Below are positions 63,401 to 64,000 of a stretch of DNA of 64,000 nt, in pieces; positions within the stretch are counted from its first letter, which is position 1; each line of letters opens with the position of its first letter. The notes under the pieces are model-generated. The model saw only the letters and a program-made list of their open reading frames with translations. It made no database searches and was not told the origin of the DNA. Source of the stretch: Anthoceros angustus (lineage: Eukaryota > Plantae > Anthocerotophyta); the NCBI GenBank assembly GCA_010909165.1, contig MU008162.1, forward strand, positions 1,302,001 through 1,366,000. Direction: 5' to 3'. Position numbers and translations under genes: made by a program.

Positions 63401-64000
63401 AGCCCTGGTTTTGATTGTAAGTTCTCGTCCGGTGTCGGATTGTGGTGTTCCTTCTGTCTGGTGCTGTTTTGAAAGGCAGCTGACAAAGGCATTCGGGCTT
63501 TGGTGTGGAGCAGCTCAGCGGGTCTGGTAGGAGGGAGCACTACTATGTTTTAGGTGTTGAGGCGGCCAGGTTTTGGACTATCTGGCCGGAGGCAAATTGC
63601 TGTCTTGATGGTAGCGACTGTAAGTGTCCCGGTGCCGTGGGCTGGGCTCCTTGTGGGGGTGGCGAGGTCTGCCCACGGTCGGTTTGGTGCCTAGGAAAAT
63701 GCATTGGACATTCGTTGTATGTGTTTGTTGTTGGCTAATTTCTGCCAATGATGATGCAAAATGATTTTCTACACGTTGCATCCCTACAATTTTTCGTAGG
63801 AAATTGTTTAACGCCTGCCGAAAACATTGAGAACATAATTCTTCTACTTCAACACGACTTCATTTATTTCCTCTATAAGCTGGCTTGTACACCACTTGTT
63901 TTTCCGCTCGCACAAACTCCCTCAAGGTTCATCCGCTCGCGTAATCCTGTTTTGACAACATGAACAAAACATTATCGGGGAATGTCCGAATGCTTGCAAT

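Overview
Gene-dense eukaryotic nuclear DNA with short spliceosomal introns from a non-seed land plant, most likely a hornwort. That assignment is an inference from a GRP-type DYW:KP PPR gene, a Ure2p-class GST and the compact gene spacing. About 12 intact genes are recognisable: NUP85, nicalin, MTB/METTL14, an MscS-like channel, RPL37A, NERD1-like FG-GAP, plastid RPL18, a Ure2p-type GST, XPB, an auxilin-like J protein, an M3 thimet-oligopeptidase-like gene, CruP and RPS14. The window also holds gene relics (kinase, MetRS, several PLS-PPRs) and a nested transposon cluster at about 42-48 kb: an RNase H-bearing I/Tad1-group LINE with a hAT-like insert and an 80-bp insert, plus a CRE-like retroelement. 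The top finding is a PLS-PPR gene at 50.9-53.8 kb. It fuses an N-terminal OSB-type PDF ssDNA-binding motif to near-identical 102-aa PPR triplets and a GRP-type DYW:KP (U-to-C editing) domain, but carries four clustered frameshifts. A U36a/snR47-type C/D snoRNA sits in an RPL37A intron. All homology calls come from motif recognition and recall; no database search was run.
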